DNA of 64,000 nucleotides from Candidatus Roizmanbacteria bacterium CG_4_9_14_0_2_um_filter_38_17 (GTDB lineage Bacteria; Patescibacteriota; Microgenomatia; GCA-00278855). A program made the position numbers and the translations under genes. Location: the NCBI GenBank assembly GCA_002788855.1, contig PFSB01000013.1, forward strand, positions 21,608 to 85,607, given 5' to 3'. Under the pieces are notes generated by a model. It did not search any database and was not told where the DNA came from. It was given only the letters and a program-made list of their open reading frames with translations. Positions 1 to 10,647 of this stretch are shown in pieces; within the stretch, counting starts at the first letter, position 1, and the number at the start of each line of letters is the position of its first letter.

Positions 1-1302
<1,302 letters not shown>

Positions 1303-1316
1303 GCGATTGTTATATT

Positions 1317-1745
1317 GTGTTATCACTATCAATTGTCACCCCAGAAAAAATAGCATTTGAAGGTGAAATCAAACAGGTAACTGTGCCTGGCGCTGATGGG
1401 CAGCTCACCATCTTGTCTAAACATGCCTCGCTCTTCGCTCAATTGATTGAGGGTGAGCTACAGATAATGGTAAGTAACAAGCCTATATATATGGCCATAG
1501 GTGGGGGCTTTGTTGAAGTTCATAAAGATAAGATGGTGCTGATGGTAACGAGAGCTATAAAGGAAGACGAGCTTAATGAAAAGGAAATTTTAAAAGCTAA
1601 GGCTCGAGCGGAAGAAATACTTAAAGACAAACTGGATCCTCAAGAATACCAGCAGACACATGCATTATTAAGAGCTCACTTAGTAGATTTAAGGGTATTG
1701 AAGCACAGTCGAAACCGAAGGTCTGCAAAAACGCAAAATATTTAA
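1317..1745 (+). CDS. atpC: F0F1 ATP synthase subunit epsilon
   Basis: LSIVTPEK, VPGADGQLTILSKHA, GGGFVEV; follows atpD. Confidence 0.95.
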   Translation: MLSLSIVTPEKIAFEGEIKQVTVPGADGQLTILSKHASLFAQLIEGELQIMVSNKPIYMAIGGGFVEVHKDKMVLMVTRAIKEDELNEKEILKAKARAEEILKDKLDPQEYQQTHALLRAHLVDLRVLKHSRNRRSAKTQNI

Positions 1746-1896
1746 AGGCTAGGGGGTAAGTATAAACTGTATGATATGCATTGTAATATATGTTTAGACT
1801 GCAAGCAAAGAATTGGCATTCCGATAATCTACAAAAAAGAGAACAGACCAGCTGTCAGATTATTTGTAGGAGCAATTTATAAGAGAGGTATATAGG

Positions 1897-1925
1897 TAAC
1901 ATATAAGGACGGTCCTTATATGTTA
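1897..1925. repeat. Perfect palindrome, 14-bp arms and 1-nt centre (REP-like)
   Basis: TAACATATAAGGAC-G-GTCCTTATATGTTA. Confidence 0.85.
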
Positions 1926-2000
1926 AGTTTTTTTGCTTTCTGGGAGGCGAGATTTTTTCTTGTCTTTTATTCCTGATGTCTGGTGCTGTTTTAGATAATT
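1923..2000 (-). pseudogene. Remnant homologous to the 3' end of the antiporter gene at 12177-13946
   Basis: Translates NYLKQHQTSGIKDKKKSRLPESKKT* versus SYLKEIQSSDIKDRKKSRLPESKRN*; ungapped 60/78 nt by manual count. Confidence 0.8.
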
Positions 2001-2002
2001 TC

Positions 2003-2023
2003 AAGTAAGGCTAAGCCTTACTT
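2003..2023. repeat. Dispersed palindrome family C, copy 1
   Basis: AAGTAAGGCT-A-AGCCTTACTT; also at 12093-12121 and 38367-38398. Confidence 0.9.
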
Positions 2024-2063
2024 TAAGATCAAAACTTAACGAATAAGTCCAATGAGTCACCAA

Positions 2064-2197
2064 TAGGTAAACTATGAAACAACAGATAGGATAAGAAGCA
2101 TACTACCGAACAATCGGGGATATAATTCCTGGATGAAAAAGGTTGTCTCAATGCATGCATTTGCAGACTCGGATACAGCTGTTTCATAGTTTACCTA
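2064..2197. mobile_element. 134-bp MITE-like element or internally deleted IS
   Basis: Perfect 18-bp terminal inverted repeats TAGGTAAACTATGAAACA (2064-2081) and TGTTTCATAGTTTACCTA (2180-2197); no clear target duplication. Confidence 0.65.
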
Positions 2198-2198
2198 G

Positions 2199-2345
2199 AC
2201 CTTCAAAACTAAGTCATCAGCTAATGCTTTAAAAGTATCTCTATTTCTACAACAATGATAGAATCCATGAGGGCCTTGGTGATAAAACACCAGCAACTGT
2301 TCTAGGAAAGGAGATTAAAAGTCCAAAAGGTCCGTAGCCTAAACA
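2199..2345 (+). pseudogene. C-terminal remnant and right end of an IS481/IS3-like DDE transposase
   Basis: 2236-2337 reads YLYFYNNDRIHEGLGDKTPATVLGKEIKSPKGP* (YN..R.H..L...TP integrase-core tail); ends ...CCTAAACA like IS481 termini. Confidence 0.7.
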
Positions 2346-2387
2346 TGGGGTTGTGTAATATACATATAAATGGTATAAAAATGAGCA

Positions 2388-3425
2388 ATGCTTAATGGTA
2401 CTTTAGAGCTTGCAGATGGAACACAAATCCATGGTAGAAGTATAGGAGCACCGACATTTAGTTCTGGTGAAGTAGTTTTTACTACTGGAATGGTTGGATA
2501 TCCTGAGGCTTTGACAGATCTTTCATACCGCGGACAGATTTTAGTTTTCACTTATCCCTTGATTGGTAGTTATGGCGTTAAGGACAAAACATATGAAAGT
2601 CAGGCAATTCAGGTAGAGGGGGTTATCATGTCAGAGGAGGTTAATAACTATAGCCATCATAGCGCTGTAAAAAATATAACTACATGGTTTGAGGAACAAG
2701 GTGTTCCAGCTCTATCTGGGATAGATACCAGGGCTTTAACTCTTAAGCTTAGAGAATCTGGAGTGATGGGTGGAAAGCTGTATTTTCATGAGGAAGATAA
2801 AAACAGAGAGATCGTAGATAATAACACTAGTAATCTACCAGCTGAGATTTCAGTTAGTAAGCCAATTACTTTAGGTAAGGGTAAGACTCATCTTGGACTA
2901 GTTGATTGTGGAACTAAGCAAGGCATCATAGACTCTTTACTTGCAGAGAAAGTAAAAATAACAATATTACCCTGGAACTGGAGTAGTTTAGAGGAATACG
3001 ATGGAGTAGTTGTGGGTAATGGACCAGGTGATCCTAAGATGCTTACGGAAACTGTAGAAAATATTAGGTCATATATGAACTGCAAAAAACCTCTTTTGGG
3101 TATATGTTTGGGCAATCAGATAATCTCTCTAGCTGCAGGTGGAGATACATATAAGCTTGCCTTTGGCCATCGCTCACATAATCAACCTGTTTTGGATAGG
3201 TCAACTAATAAAGCTTACTTAACTACCCAAAACCATGGATATGCAGTTGATTCAAAAAAACTGCCTAGGTTGTGGGAAGAGTGGTTTGTAAATCTAAATG
3301 ATCATACAAATGAAGGGATAAAACATAAAACACTACCCTTTATGTCTACGCAGTTTCACCCAGAAGGTAGACCAGGACCTGAAGATACTAACTGGCTATT
3401 TAGATATTTTGTGAAATTATGTTAA
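2388..3425 (+). CDS. carA: Carbamoyl-phosphate synthase small subunit
   Basis: GEVVFTTGMVGYPE, GPGDP, GICLGNQ, QNHGYAV, QFHPE. Confidence 0.97.
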   Translation: MLNGTLELADGTQIHGRSIGAPTFSSGEVVFTTGMVGYPEALTDLSYRGQILVFTYPLIGSYGVKDKTYESQAIQVEGVIMSEEVNNYSHHSAVKNITTWFEEQGVPALSGIDTRALTLKLRESGVMGGKLYFHEEDKNREIVDNNTSNLPAEISVSKPITLGKGKTHLGLVDCGTKQGIIDSLLAEKVKITILPWNWSSLEEYDGVVVGNGPGDPKMLTETVENIRSYMNCKKPLLGICLGNQIISLAAGGDTYKLAFGHRSHNQPVLDRSTNKAYLTTQNHGYAVDSKKLPRLWEEWFVNLNDHTNEGIKHKTLPFMSTQFHPEGRPGPEDTNWLFRYFVKLC

Positions 3426-6400
3426 AAATTTTAATACTCGGTTCAGGAGCGTTGCAGATTGGCCAAGCTGGTGAATTTGATTACTCAGGATCTCAAGCTA
3501 TAAAAGCTGTAAAAGAGGAAGGTAACAAAGTCATCTTAGTTAATCCAAATATCGCTACTATTCAGACCTCGAGAGGTCTTGCTGATAAGGTATATTTTTT
3601 ACCAGTTACCCCAGAGTTTGTTACTAAAGTTATTATAAAGGAAAAACCTGATGCGGTTATGTTAGCATTTGGTGGTCAAACAGCCTTAAATTGTGGGCTA
3701 AAGTTGTATAGGCAGGGAGTATTTAAGAAACATAATGTCAAGGTGCTTGGAACATCTCTTAAAACAATTGAAATAACAGAGGATAGAGAGCTTTTTAAAA
3801 GAGAGATGAAGAGACTTAAGTTAGATGTGGCTATAAGCTCTACCGTAAACTCGATTAAACAGGCCCATAAAGTAATGCAAAATATGAAATATCCGGTCAT
3901 GTTGCGTTCTGCTTTTGCTCTTGGTGGACTTGGTTCTGCAGTTGTTTACAATAAGCAGCAACTAGATAAACAGCTAAAAATTGCACTTTCACAATCCAAG
4001 CAAGTTTTAGTTGAGGAGTATCTGGGTGGTTGGAAGGAAATTGAGTATGAAGTAATACGAGATGCTAATGGAAATAAGGTGACTATATGCAATATGGAGA
4101 ATATGGACCCTATGGGAATCCACACTGGTGAGTCGATTGTTGTTGCTCCTTCTCAAACATTAACTAATGACGAATATTTTGGACTTAGAAGAGTTAGTTT
4201 AGACTGTATTGAGGGATTAGGGATAATTGGTGAATGCAATATTCAGTTTGCTTTTAACCCCCACCCCAAAAATAGTAAGCTGGATTATAGAATTATTGAG
4301 GTTAATGCAAGGCTTTCGAGATCTTCTGCCTTGGCTTCAAAGGCAACTGGTTATCCTTTGGCATTTGTAGCTGCAAAAATTGGATTAGGTAAAACACTTC
4401 CCGAAATTAAGAATGCTGTGACTAAGACAACTACAGCTTTTTTTGAGCCAGCGCTCGACTACTTAGTTGTAAAAATTCCACGATGGGACTTGAATAAATT
4501 TGATAGAGTGAATGAGCTGTTGGGTTCTGAGATGAAGAGTGTTGGGGAAGTAATGGCAATCGGTAGGACATTTCCCGAAGCAATTCAAAAAGCAGTGAGA
4601 ATGTTGGATATTGGTTATTCGGGGGTCATTCCAGATAGCGATCGAACTATAAATTATGAGCAGGAACTTGCTAATCCCACGCCTGAGCGATTATTTCTAA
4701 TATCACAAGCTCTTATGAAGGGTATGTCTCCTGAAAAGATAGCTAATTTAAGCAAGATTGATATATGGTTTATATATCAAATTCAGCGAGTTGTTAAGTA
4801 CTATATGAAGATGAAATCAAGTAAACAAAGAACTCCAGAGCAGATAAAAACTGCAAAGAAACTTGGCTTTTCAGATAATGAGCTGGCAAAAATATTTAAT
4901 TTAGGCGAGGATAAGATTCGTTTATATAGAAAAAAGCATAGTATTTTGCCTGTAATTAAAAAAATAGATACACTGGCAGGAGAGTTTCCGGCAGAGACTA
5001 ATTATCTCTACATGACTTATAATGGAAATAGTAATGATGTAGCTAGAACTAATAGGAAATCGGTGGGAATATTGGGTGGAGGACCATATAGAATAGGATC
5101 GTCAGTAGAGTTTGATTGGTGTGCGGTTAGTGCCTGCTGGGAATTTAAGAAAAGAGGATATTCAACAGTAATGCTAAACTGTAACCCCGAAACTGTCTCC
5201 ACTGATTACGACATTAGCGATAGGCTGTATTTTGATGAGCTGACTTTTGAGAGAGCTCTAGATATAGCAGAATACGAAAATATACCACTTGTGGTATCGG
5301 TTGGGGGACAAACGCCTAATAATCTAGCTTTGAAGCTTAAAAATGCGGGTATCAGCGTACTTGGTACTTCACCAAAAGATATAGATAGAGCTGAAGATAG
5401 ACATAAATTTTCAAAACTTCTGGATAAAATTAAAGTTTTGCAACCTGCTTGGGCAGAGGTTAAGAGTCGTTCTGCGGCTGTAACTGCAGCTGATAAAATT
5501 GGTTATCCAGTGTTAATGCGCCCTTCATATGTTTTATCTGGTCAAGCAATGTTTGTTGCGTTTAGCGAAGCTGAGTTAAATAGTTATCTAGATTCTGAAA
5601 GTGTGAAAGAGGTTGGTTATCCTCTTACAATGAGTAAGTATTATTTAGGTTACAAGGAAACAGATGTGGATGGAGTTGCGAGTTGCGGAGGTCTTTTAAG
5701 AACTGTAATTTTAGAACATGTTGAAAATGCAGGTGTTCATTCAGGTGATGCATCTTTAGTATATCCATCACCAACTCTGCCCTTAAATATTCAACAAAAG
5801 ATAGTTCGCCAGACAGCAAGAATTGCTAAGGAGCTTCGAATAAATGGTCCATTTAATATACAATTTTTGGTGAGCAATCAGGACATTCGTGTTATTGAGT
5901 GTAATCTTAGAACATCTAGAAGTTTCCCTTTTTCTTCTAAAGTTACTAATTCTAATTTAATCTCTTTTGCAGTTAAAGCAATGATTGAAAATAAAGTAGG
6001 TAGAGGCAAGGATGATATTGTTCTGTCTCAGAAAGCTAATTTTACAGCTGTTAAGGTTCCTCAATTTTCCTTTTCCAGACTGCGCGGAGCAGACCCTGTC
6101 TTAAAAGTTGAGATGGCTTCTACAGGTGAAGCTGCAAGTTTTGCTTCTAATTTACATGAAGCCTTTTTAAAAGCTGTAATTTCTACAGAGGTTAAGCTTC
6201 CCTCTAAAGCAGCTTTATTGTCGCTGGGTGGATACCATGCAAAGAGGAAATTTTTAACTCCAGCTCTGTTGTTGCAGCAGATTGGCTTTAAGTTGTATGC
6301 GACTGGCAAAACCTGTGATTTTTTAGCTGCTAATGGGTTAAATGTAACTTGTGTATATAAGATATATGAGAAAAAGCAACCAGATGTTCCAGCCACCATT

Positions 6401-6646
6401 ATTGGCGGGATGGTTGATTTAGTTATTAATACAAGTGAGATGCCAGACGTTGGTATGGAAAAATTTAAGAAGCAGACCACTGATGGATATCTTATTAGAA
6501 GAGCTGCAATTGACCATGGTGTTCCCTTAATTACAGACTTACATAACGCCTGTTTATTTGTTGAGTCACTGGCATTGATGAGAAATAAAACATTTGAAAT
6601 TAACAGCTGGGATGAGTATCTTGACAATGCCTTAACAAAGAGTTAA
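3419..6646 (+). CDS. carB: Carbamoyl-phosphate synthase large subunit
   Basis: IGQAGEFDYSGSQA, two ATP-grasp halves, NCNPETVSTDYD, C-terminal MGS-like domain. Confidence 0.98.
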   Translation: MLKILILGSGALQIGQAGEFDYSGSQAIKAVKEEGNKVILVNPNIATIQTSRGLADKVYFLPVTPEFVTKVIIKEKPDAVMLAFGGQTALNCGLKLYRQGVFKKHNVKVLGTSLKTIEITEDRELFKREMKRLKLDVAISSTVNSIKQAHKVMQNMKYPVMLRSAFALGGLGSAVVYNKQQLDKQLKIALSQSKQVLVEEYLGGWKEIEYEVIRDANGNKVTICNMENMDPMGIHTGESIVVAPSQTLTNDEYFGLRRVSLDCIEGLGIIGECNIQFAFNPHPKNSKLDYRIIEVNARLSRSSALASKATGYPLAFVAAKIGLGKTLPEIKNAVTKTTTAFFEPALDYLVVKIPRWDLNKFDRVNELLGSEMKSVGEVMAIGRTFPEAIQKAVRMLDIGYSGVIPDSDRTINYEQELANPTPERLFLISQALMKGMSPEKIANLSKIDIWFIYQIQRVVKYYMKMKSSKQRTPEQIKTAKKLGFSDNELAKIFNLGEDKIRLYRKKHSILPVIKKIDTLAGEFPAETNYLYMTYNGNSNDVARTNRKSVGILGGGPYRIGSSVEFDWCAVSACWEFKKRGYSTVMLNCNPETVSTDYDISDRLYFDELTFERALDIAEYENIPLVVSVGGQTPNNLALKLKNAGISVLGTSPKDIDRAEDRHKFSKLLDKIKVLQPAWAEVKSRSAAVTAADKIGYPVLMRPSYVLSGQAMFVAFSEAELNSYLDSESVKEVGYPLTMSKYYLGYKETDVDGVASCGGLLRTVILEHVENAGVHSGDASLVYPSPTLPLNIQQKIVRQTARIAKELRINGPFNIQFLVSNQDIRVIECNLRTSRSFPFSSKVTNSNLISFAVKAMIENKVGRGKDDIVLSQKANFTAVKVPQFSFSRLRGADPVLKVEMASTGEAASFASNLHEAFLKAVISTEVKLPSKAALLSLGGYHAKRKFLTPALLLQQIGFKLYATGKTCDFLAANGLNVTCVYKIYEKKQPDVPATIIGGMVDLVINTSEMPDVGMEKFKKQTTDGYLIRRAAIDHGVPLITDLHNACLFVESLALMRNKTFEINSWDEYLDNALTKS

Positions 6647-6653
6647 AAGCAAT

Positions 6654-7604
6654 ATGACAATGTTAAAAATTGATGGGAATTTTAAAAACAAGCATATTCT
6701 TTCTGTGGAACAGTTTAGTAAATCTGATATTAAATTACTCTTCACTGAAACCGATAGCATGAAAAAGTTAGTTGTGACTAAGGGGGGCAACAACAAGTTA
6801 CAGCATAGGATCATGACGGCACTTTTCTATGAGCCTTCGAGTCGTACATTTAGCTCGTATATTGCAGCAATGGAGAGATTGGGTGGTGGTATTATCCCCA
6901 TTCATGGAATTGAAAACTCATCAGTTAAAAAGGGAGAGACTCTAGAAGACACAGTTCGTGTATTTAGTAGCTATAGCGATATAATTGTTATTCGGCACCC
7001 AGAGACGGGTTTGGTAGCTAGGGCAGCAAAGTCAAGCCAAGTTCCTGTTATAAATGCAGGTGATGGCGCTGGTGAACATCCAACTCAGGCATTACTAGAC
7101 CTTTATACAATTTCAAGCCACTTTAGCTTACATAAGGAAGTTACAATAACTATGGTGGGAGACTTAAAATATGGAAGAACTATCCATTCTTTATCAAAAC
7201 TGCTCTCTCTATTTTCAAAAGTTAATATAATATACGTCTCTCCAGCAACTCTAAAAGTCCCCAAAAAGATTTTGGATTATATTAAGGAAACTAAGATATC
7301 TTTTAATGAAATAACAGATTTTAATGAAGCAATTTCTCAAGCTGATGTTTTATATATGACAAGAATTCAGAAAGAAAGATTTAGAAATATAGCTTCCTAC
7401 AACAAGGTTAAGAATAGTTATATATTGAATATTAAGCGACTTGAAAAAGCAAAAAAGAAGATGATCATTATGCATCCCTTACCAAGAATAAATGAGATAA
7501 CACCGGGTGTTGATGATGACCCTCGTGCGGTATATTTTACGGAAAGTGTTGCAAATGGTATGTATCTTCGAATGGCACTATTGAAGCTGGCATTAACTAA
7601 ATGA
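6654..7604 (+). CDS. pyrB: Aspartate carbamoyltransferase catalytic subunit
   Basis: FYEPSSRT, NAGDGAGEHPTQALLD, GDLKYGRT, MHPLPR. Confidence 0.97.
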   Translation: MTMLKIDGNFKNKHILSVEQFSKSDIKLLFTETDSMKKLVVTKGGNNKLQHRIMTALFYEPSSRTFSSYIAAMERLGGGIIPIHGIENSSVKKGETLEDTVRVFSSYSDIIVIRHPETGLVARAAKSSQVPVINAGDGAGEHPTQALLDLYTISSHFSLHKEVTITMVGDLKYGRTIHSLSKLLSLFSKVNIIYVSPATLKVPKKILDYIKETKISFNEITDFNEAISQADVLYMTRIQKERFRNIASYNKVKNSYILNIKRLEKAKKKMIIMHPLPRINEITPGVDDDPRAVYFTESVANGMYLRMALLKLALTK

Positions 7605-7606
7605 AG

Positions 7607-8965
7607 TTAGATTTGCTTAACCAACCTGTGCGCGCTGGGTTTAGTTGCTATTATTTTACCCATGCTATATAGGAGCTTACCACGTAGAAATGTAGCATAT
7701 GGCCTTCCAATAAGTTCCATTCCTTCATATGCTGACCATTTGAGCTTTGTAAACAAATCCTGTTTTTGAACTTTCCATATATTATTAACATCAATTACAA
7801 CTAAATCTGCATCATTTCCTATTTGGATACCAGATTTTTGAGTAAATCCAAAGAAGTTTGCGACATTTGTTGATCCCATATTTGCTAGTCGCATGAGTCC
7901 CTCTTCAAGTGTATTTTTTCCAAATTGCCTAATCCAGCCCGTGATAAACACCGCAACTGATTCTTGTACTCCTGGAGTACCACTTGCGGCTTTCCATATA
8001 TCACCCTGCTTTTCATCTAGCGTATGAGGCGTGTGTTCAGAACAATACCCGTCGATTATACCTTTTCGAACCATCTGCCACAGCTTCGCATTTGTCTTGA
8101 GGGAGCGGATTGCGGGGGAGACTTTGATAAGCGTGCCCAGTTTTTCATAATCATCAGTTGTAAAAAATAACTGATAGCCGGTAACTTCTCCTCCCACATT
8201 TATTCCTTTTAATCGTGCTTTTCTTATTTCTTCAAATTCCCCTTGTGTACTTGCATGAAGAATCCATAATTTTGTCTTATATTTCACAGCAAGTTCTACT
8301 GCAATTTTTGCAGCTTTTATGACAACTGCTTCATTTCGTGCTTGGGAATAAGCAAACATGTCAGTACGACCACTTCTTTGTAGAGCTTGTTCCTGCTTCG
8401 TTACAAGACTTTGATCCTCAGCATGAGCTAGAACGGGAAATCCTCTTTCGGCAGCTATTTTCCAAATCCTTGCCTGATCTTTTTTGTTTGTAACTGTTGT
8501 TGGTGTTGTTTGGTGTCCAGCCATAAACACTTTTACCCCTACTATTTCACTGGTATCAACTTTCTCTAGCTCTGGTATGTCCTTGACAGATGTACCGAAA
8601 TTGATAGCAAAATCGCAATATGATTTTTTACTATACCTAGCTATCTGCTGGTGAAGAAGTTTGACGGTAGTTATAGGGGGATTTGTGTTGGGCATATCAA
8701 ATACAGTTGTAAAGCCACCGGCGAGAGCTGCACGTGTACCATGGCTGATATCCTCTTTATGCTCAAATCCTGGCTCTCTAAAATGACCATGCGTTTCGAT
8801 GAACCCTGGCATCACGTAGTTACCATTTACATCATAAGAAGATTTTGAACTGGAAAATTTATTGGAGATATTGGTAATTTTTCCATTTGAAAAAGACACT
8901 GTGCCATGAATAATCTTATCTTGAGTAATTATGCGCGCATTGGTGATAGATGAATATGTGGTCAA
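7607..8965 (-). CDS. pyrC: Dihydroorotase-like cyclic amidohydrolase (divergent)
   Basis: HGHFREPG, DMPNTNPP, GVKVFM, HAED; SEHTPH in place of SDHAPH; TTG start overlaps the upstream TGA. Confidence 0.8.
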   Translation of the reverse strand: MTTYSSITNARIITQDKIIHGTVSFSNGKITNISNKFSSSKSSYDVNGNYVMPGFIETHGHFREPGFEHKEDISHGTRAALAGGFTTVFDMPNTNPPITTVKLLHQQIARYSKKSYCDFAINFGTSVKDIPELEKVDTSEIVGVKVFMAGHQTTPTTVTNKKDQARIWKIAAERGFPVLAHAEDQSLVTKQEQALQRSGRTDMFAYSQARNEAVVIKAAKIAVELAVKYKTKLWILHASTQGEFEEIRKARLKGINVGGEVTGYQLFFTTDDYEKLGTLIKVSPAIRSLKTNAKLWQMVRKGIIDGYCSEHTPHTLDEKQGDIWKAASGTPGVQESVAVFITGWIRQFGKNTLEEGLMRLANMGSTNVANFFGFTQKSGIQIGNDADLVVIDVNNIWKVQKQDLFTKLKWSAYEGMELIGRPYATFLRGKLLYSMGKIIATKPSAHRLVKQI

Positions 8966-10611
8966 ATTTTTACTGTCTTACTCAATGTTGTCGTTAAGGA
9001 GATGCCTACTTTACGTACTATAATATTTTTCTCTTGTTTTTTACTCATTTTTGAATAGTCGTCTCGAAAGTGTGCACCACGGCTCTCCTTACGCATGACT
9101 GCAGTGGCAATGATAATTCTAGCAAGCTTGACCATTTCGATCGTCTCTAATGTTTGAGCGAGTGACTTTTTTGTTGCCGTCAATTTTGCTGTCTCTTTTA
9201 GTAGCTTAGATACTTCGTGTTTTGCTATCTTTAAACCTTTGTCATTTCTCACGATGCCAACATACTCCCACATGATCGCTTTTAATTTGTCTTGAACTGT
9301 TTTGTAGCTTACCCCTTGTTTGCGATTTAATAGATCTTCAACCTTTTTAATCTCAGCTGTAATTTTTTCATTTGACAATTTTTTATGCTTTTGTCCCAAA
9401 CAATATTCACTAGCGCGAATACCGACGCGTCTACCAAATACTTGACCTTCTGCTAGTGAATTCCCCCCGAGTCGGTTTGCCCCGTGAATGCCACCGGTTA
9501 CTTCACCTGCACCAAAGAATCCGGGTATATTTGTCTCACCCCATTCATTGATGCGAATACCTCCCATCATATGATGAGCCGTTGGTGTAATTTCCATTTT
9601 TTCGCGACTAATATCTACACCAACTTGTTTAAAATTATCATAAACATCAGGTATAAGCTTTTTTATTTGTTGCAACCCAAGTTCACGTACATCCAAGTAG
9701 ACTCCTCCATGCTTAGTCCCTCTTCCTTCTTTTATTTCTGTATAAATTGCACGTGTTACTTCATCTCTTCCTGCAAGTTCCATAAGTTTTGGCTGATATC
9801 TCTTCATAAACCGTTCACCTTTTGAGTTGTATAATTTACCTTTATGGCCACGGACCTTTTCGGTAATTAACTTGCCACGAACTGATGAGGGATGTGCCAT
9901 ACCCGTGGGATGAAATTGAACAAATTCCATATCTACAAGATCAACACCACTATCATATGCCCAGGCATATCCTTCGCCGGTATTACTTGGCTCATTTGAT
10001 GTAATCTCATAGAGCATGCCTGCGCCACCTGCTGCAACCAGTATGGATTTGGCAGAGAAGTATACAGGGCTGTTATCTTTAAGATTCAACGCTAAGGCGC
10101 CATATACTCCTTTCTTGTCAGCAAATATTTTAGTAACAAAGTGATTAGCAAAGAAGGGAAGCGAGAGAGATTTAACTTTATTGGATAGTCCATGCATCAT
10201 TTCACGGCCAGTGTAGTCTCCAGCGCATAAGTTAAGTGGTGCAGTCTGCTTGCCTCCAGCCCAGGTATAAAACGATCCGTCAGGTAGGCGATCAAATTTA
10301 ACCCCATATGATACAAGATCGTGAATTCGATCTGGCATTTCATGGGTAAAGATACGCACTAATTTTTGATTATTTATGTACCATCCACCTTTGACTGTAT
10401 CCTGGAAATGAAGTTCGGGCGTTGCAGGATCTTTAAGTGCCACATTAAGTCCGCCCATGGCCTTATCTGTATGTGCATGTCCAAATGGCTCTTTAGAAAC
10501 AGCAGTAATTTTAATGCCATACTTAGCTGCTTCGATAGCCGCGCGCATCCCTGCACCACCTGCACCAATTATAAGAAGATCTGTCTCAACAGTGTCCCAG
10601 CTCTTTTTCAT
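8962..10611 (-). CDS. SdhA/FrdA/NadB-family FAD flavoprotein with no Fe-S or membrane partner nearby
   Basis: GAGGAG, HT..AMGG, QFHPTG, LITE, ELAGRD, HHMMGG, HGANRLGGNSL, RKESRGAHFRDD; start reassigned to ATG 10611. Confidence 0.9.
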   Translation of the reverse strand: MKKSWDTVETDLLIIGAGGAGMRAAIEAAKYGIKITAVSKEPFGHAHTDKAMGGLNVALKDPATPELHFQDTVKGGWYINNQKLVRIFTHEMPDRIHDLVSYGVKFDRLPDGSFYTWAGGKQTAPLNLCAGDYTGREMMHGLSNKVKSLSLPFFANHFVTKIFADKKGVYGALALNLKDNSPVYFSAKSILVAAGGAGMLYEITSNEPSNTGEGYAWAYDSGVDLVDMEFVQFHPTGMAHPSSVRGKLITEKVRGHKGKLYNSKGERFMKRYQPKLMELAGRDEVTRAIYTEIKEGRGTKHGGVYLDVRELGLQQIKKLIPDVYDNFKQVGVDISREKMEITPTAHHMMGGIRINEWGETNIPGFFGAGEVTGGIHGANRLGGNSLAEGQVFGRRVGIRASEYCLGQKHKKLSNEKITAEIKKVEDLLNRKQGVSYKTVQDKLKAIMWEYVGIVRNDKGLKIAKHEVSKLLKETAKLTATKKSLAQTLETIEMVKLARIIIATAVMRKESRGAHFRDDYSKMSKKQEKNIIVRKVGISLTTTLSKTVKI

Positions 10612-10647
10612 ATCTAAGAGGTATAGTATCATATGTATACAAGTGAA

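Noticed and set aside
1791-1802. TGTTTAGACTGC as the left inverted end of the IS481-like remnant
   Set aside because: Only 10/12 match to the right end, no target duplication and no transposase N-terminus recognised.
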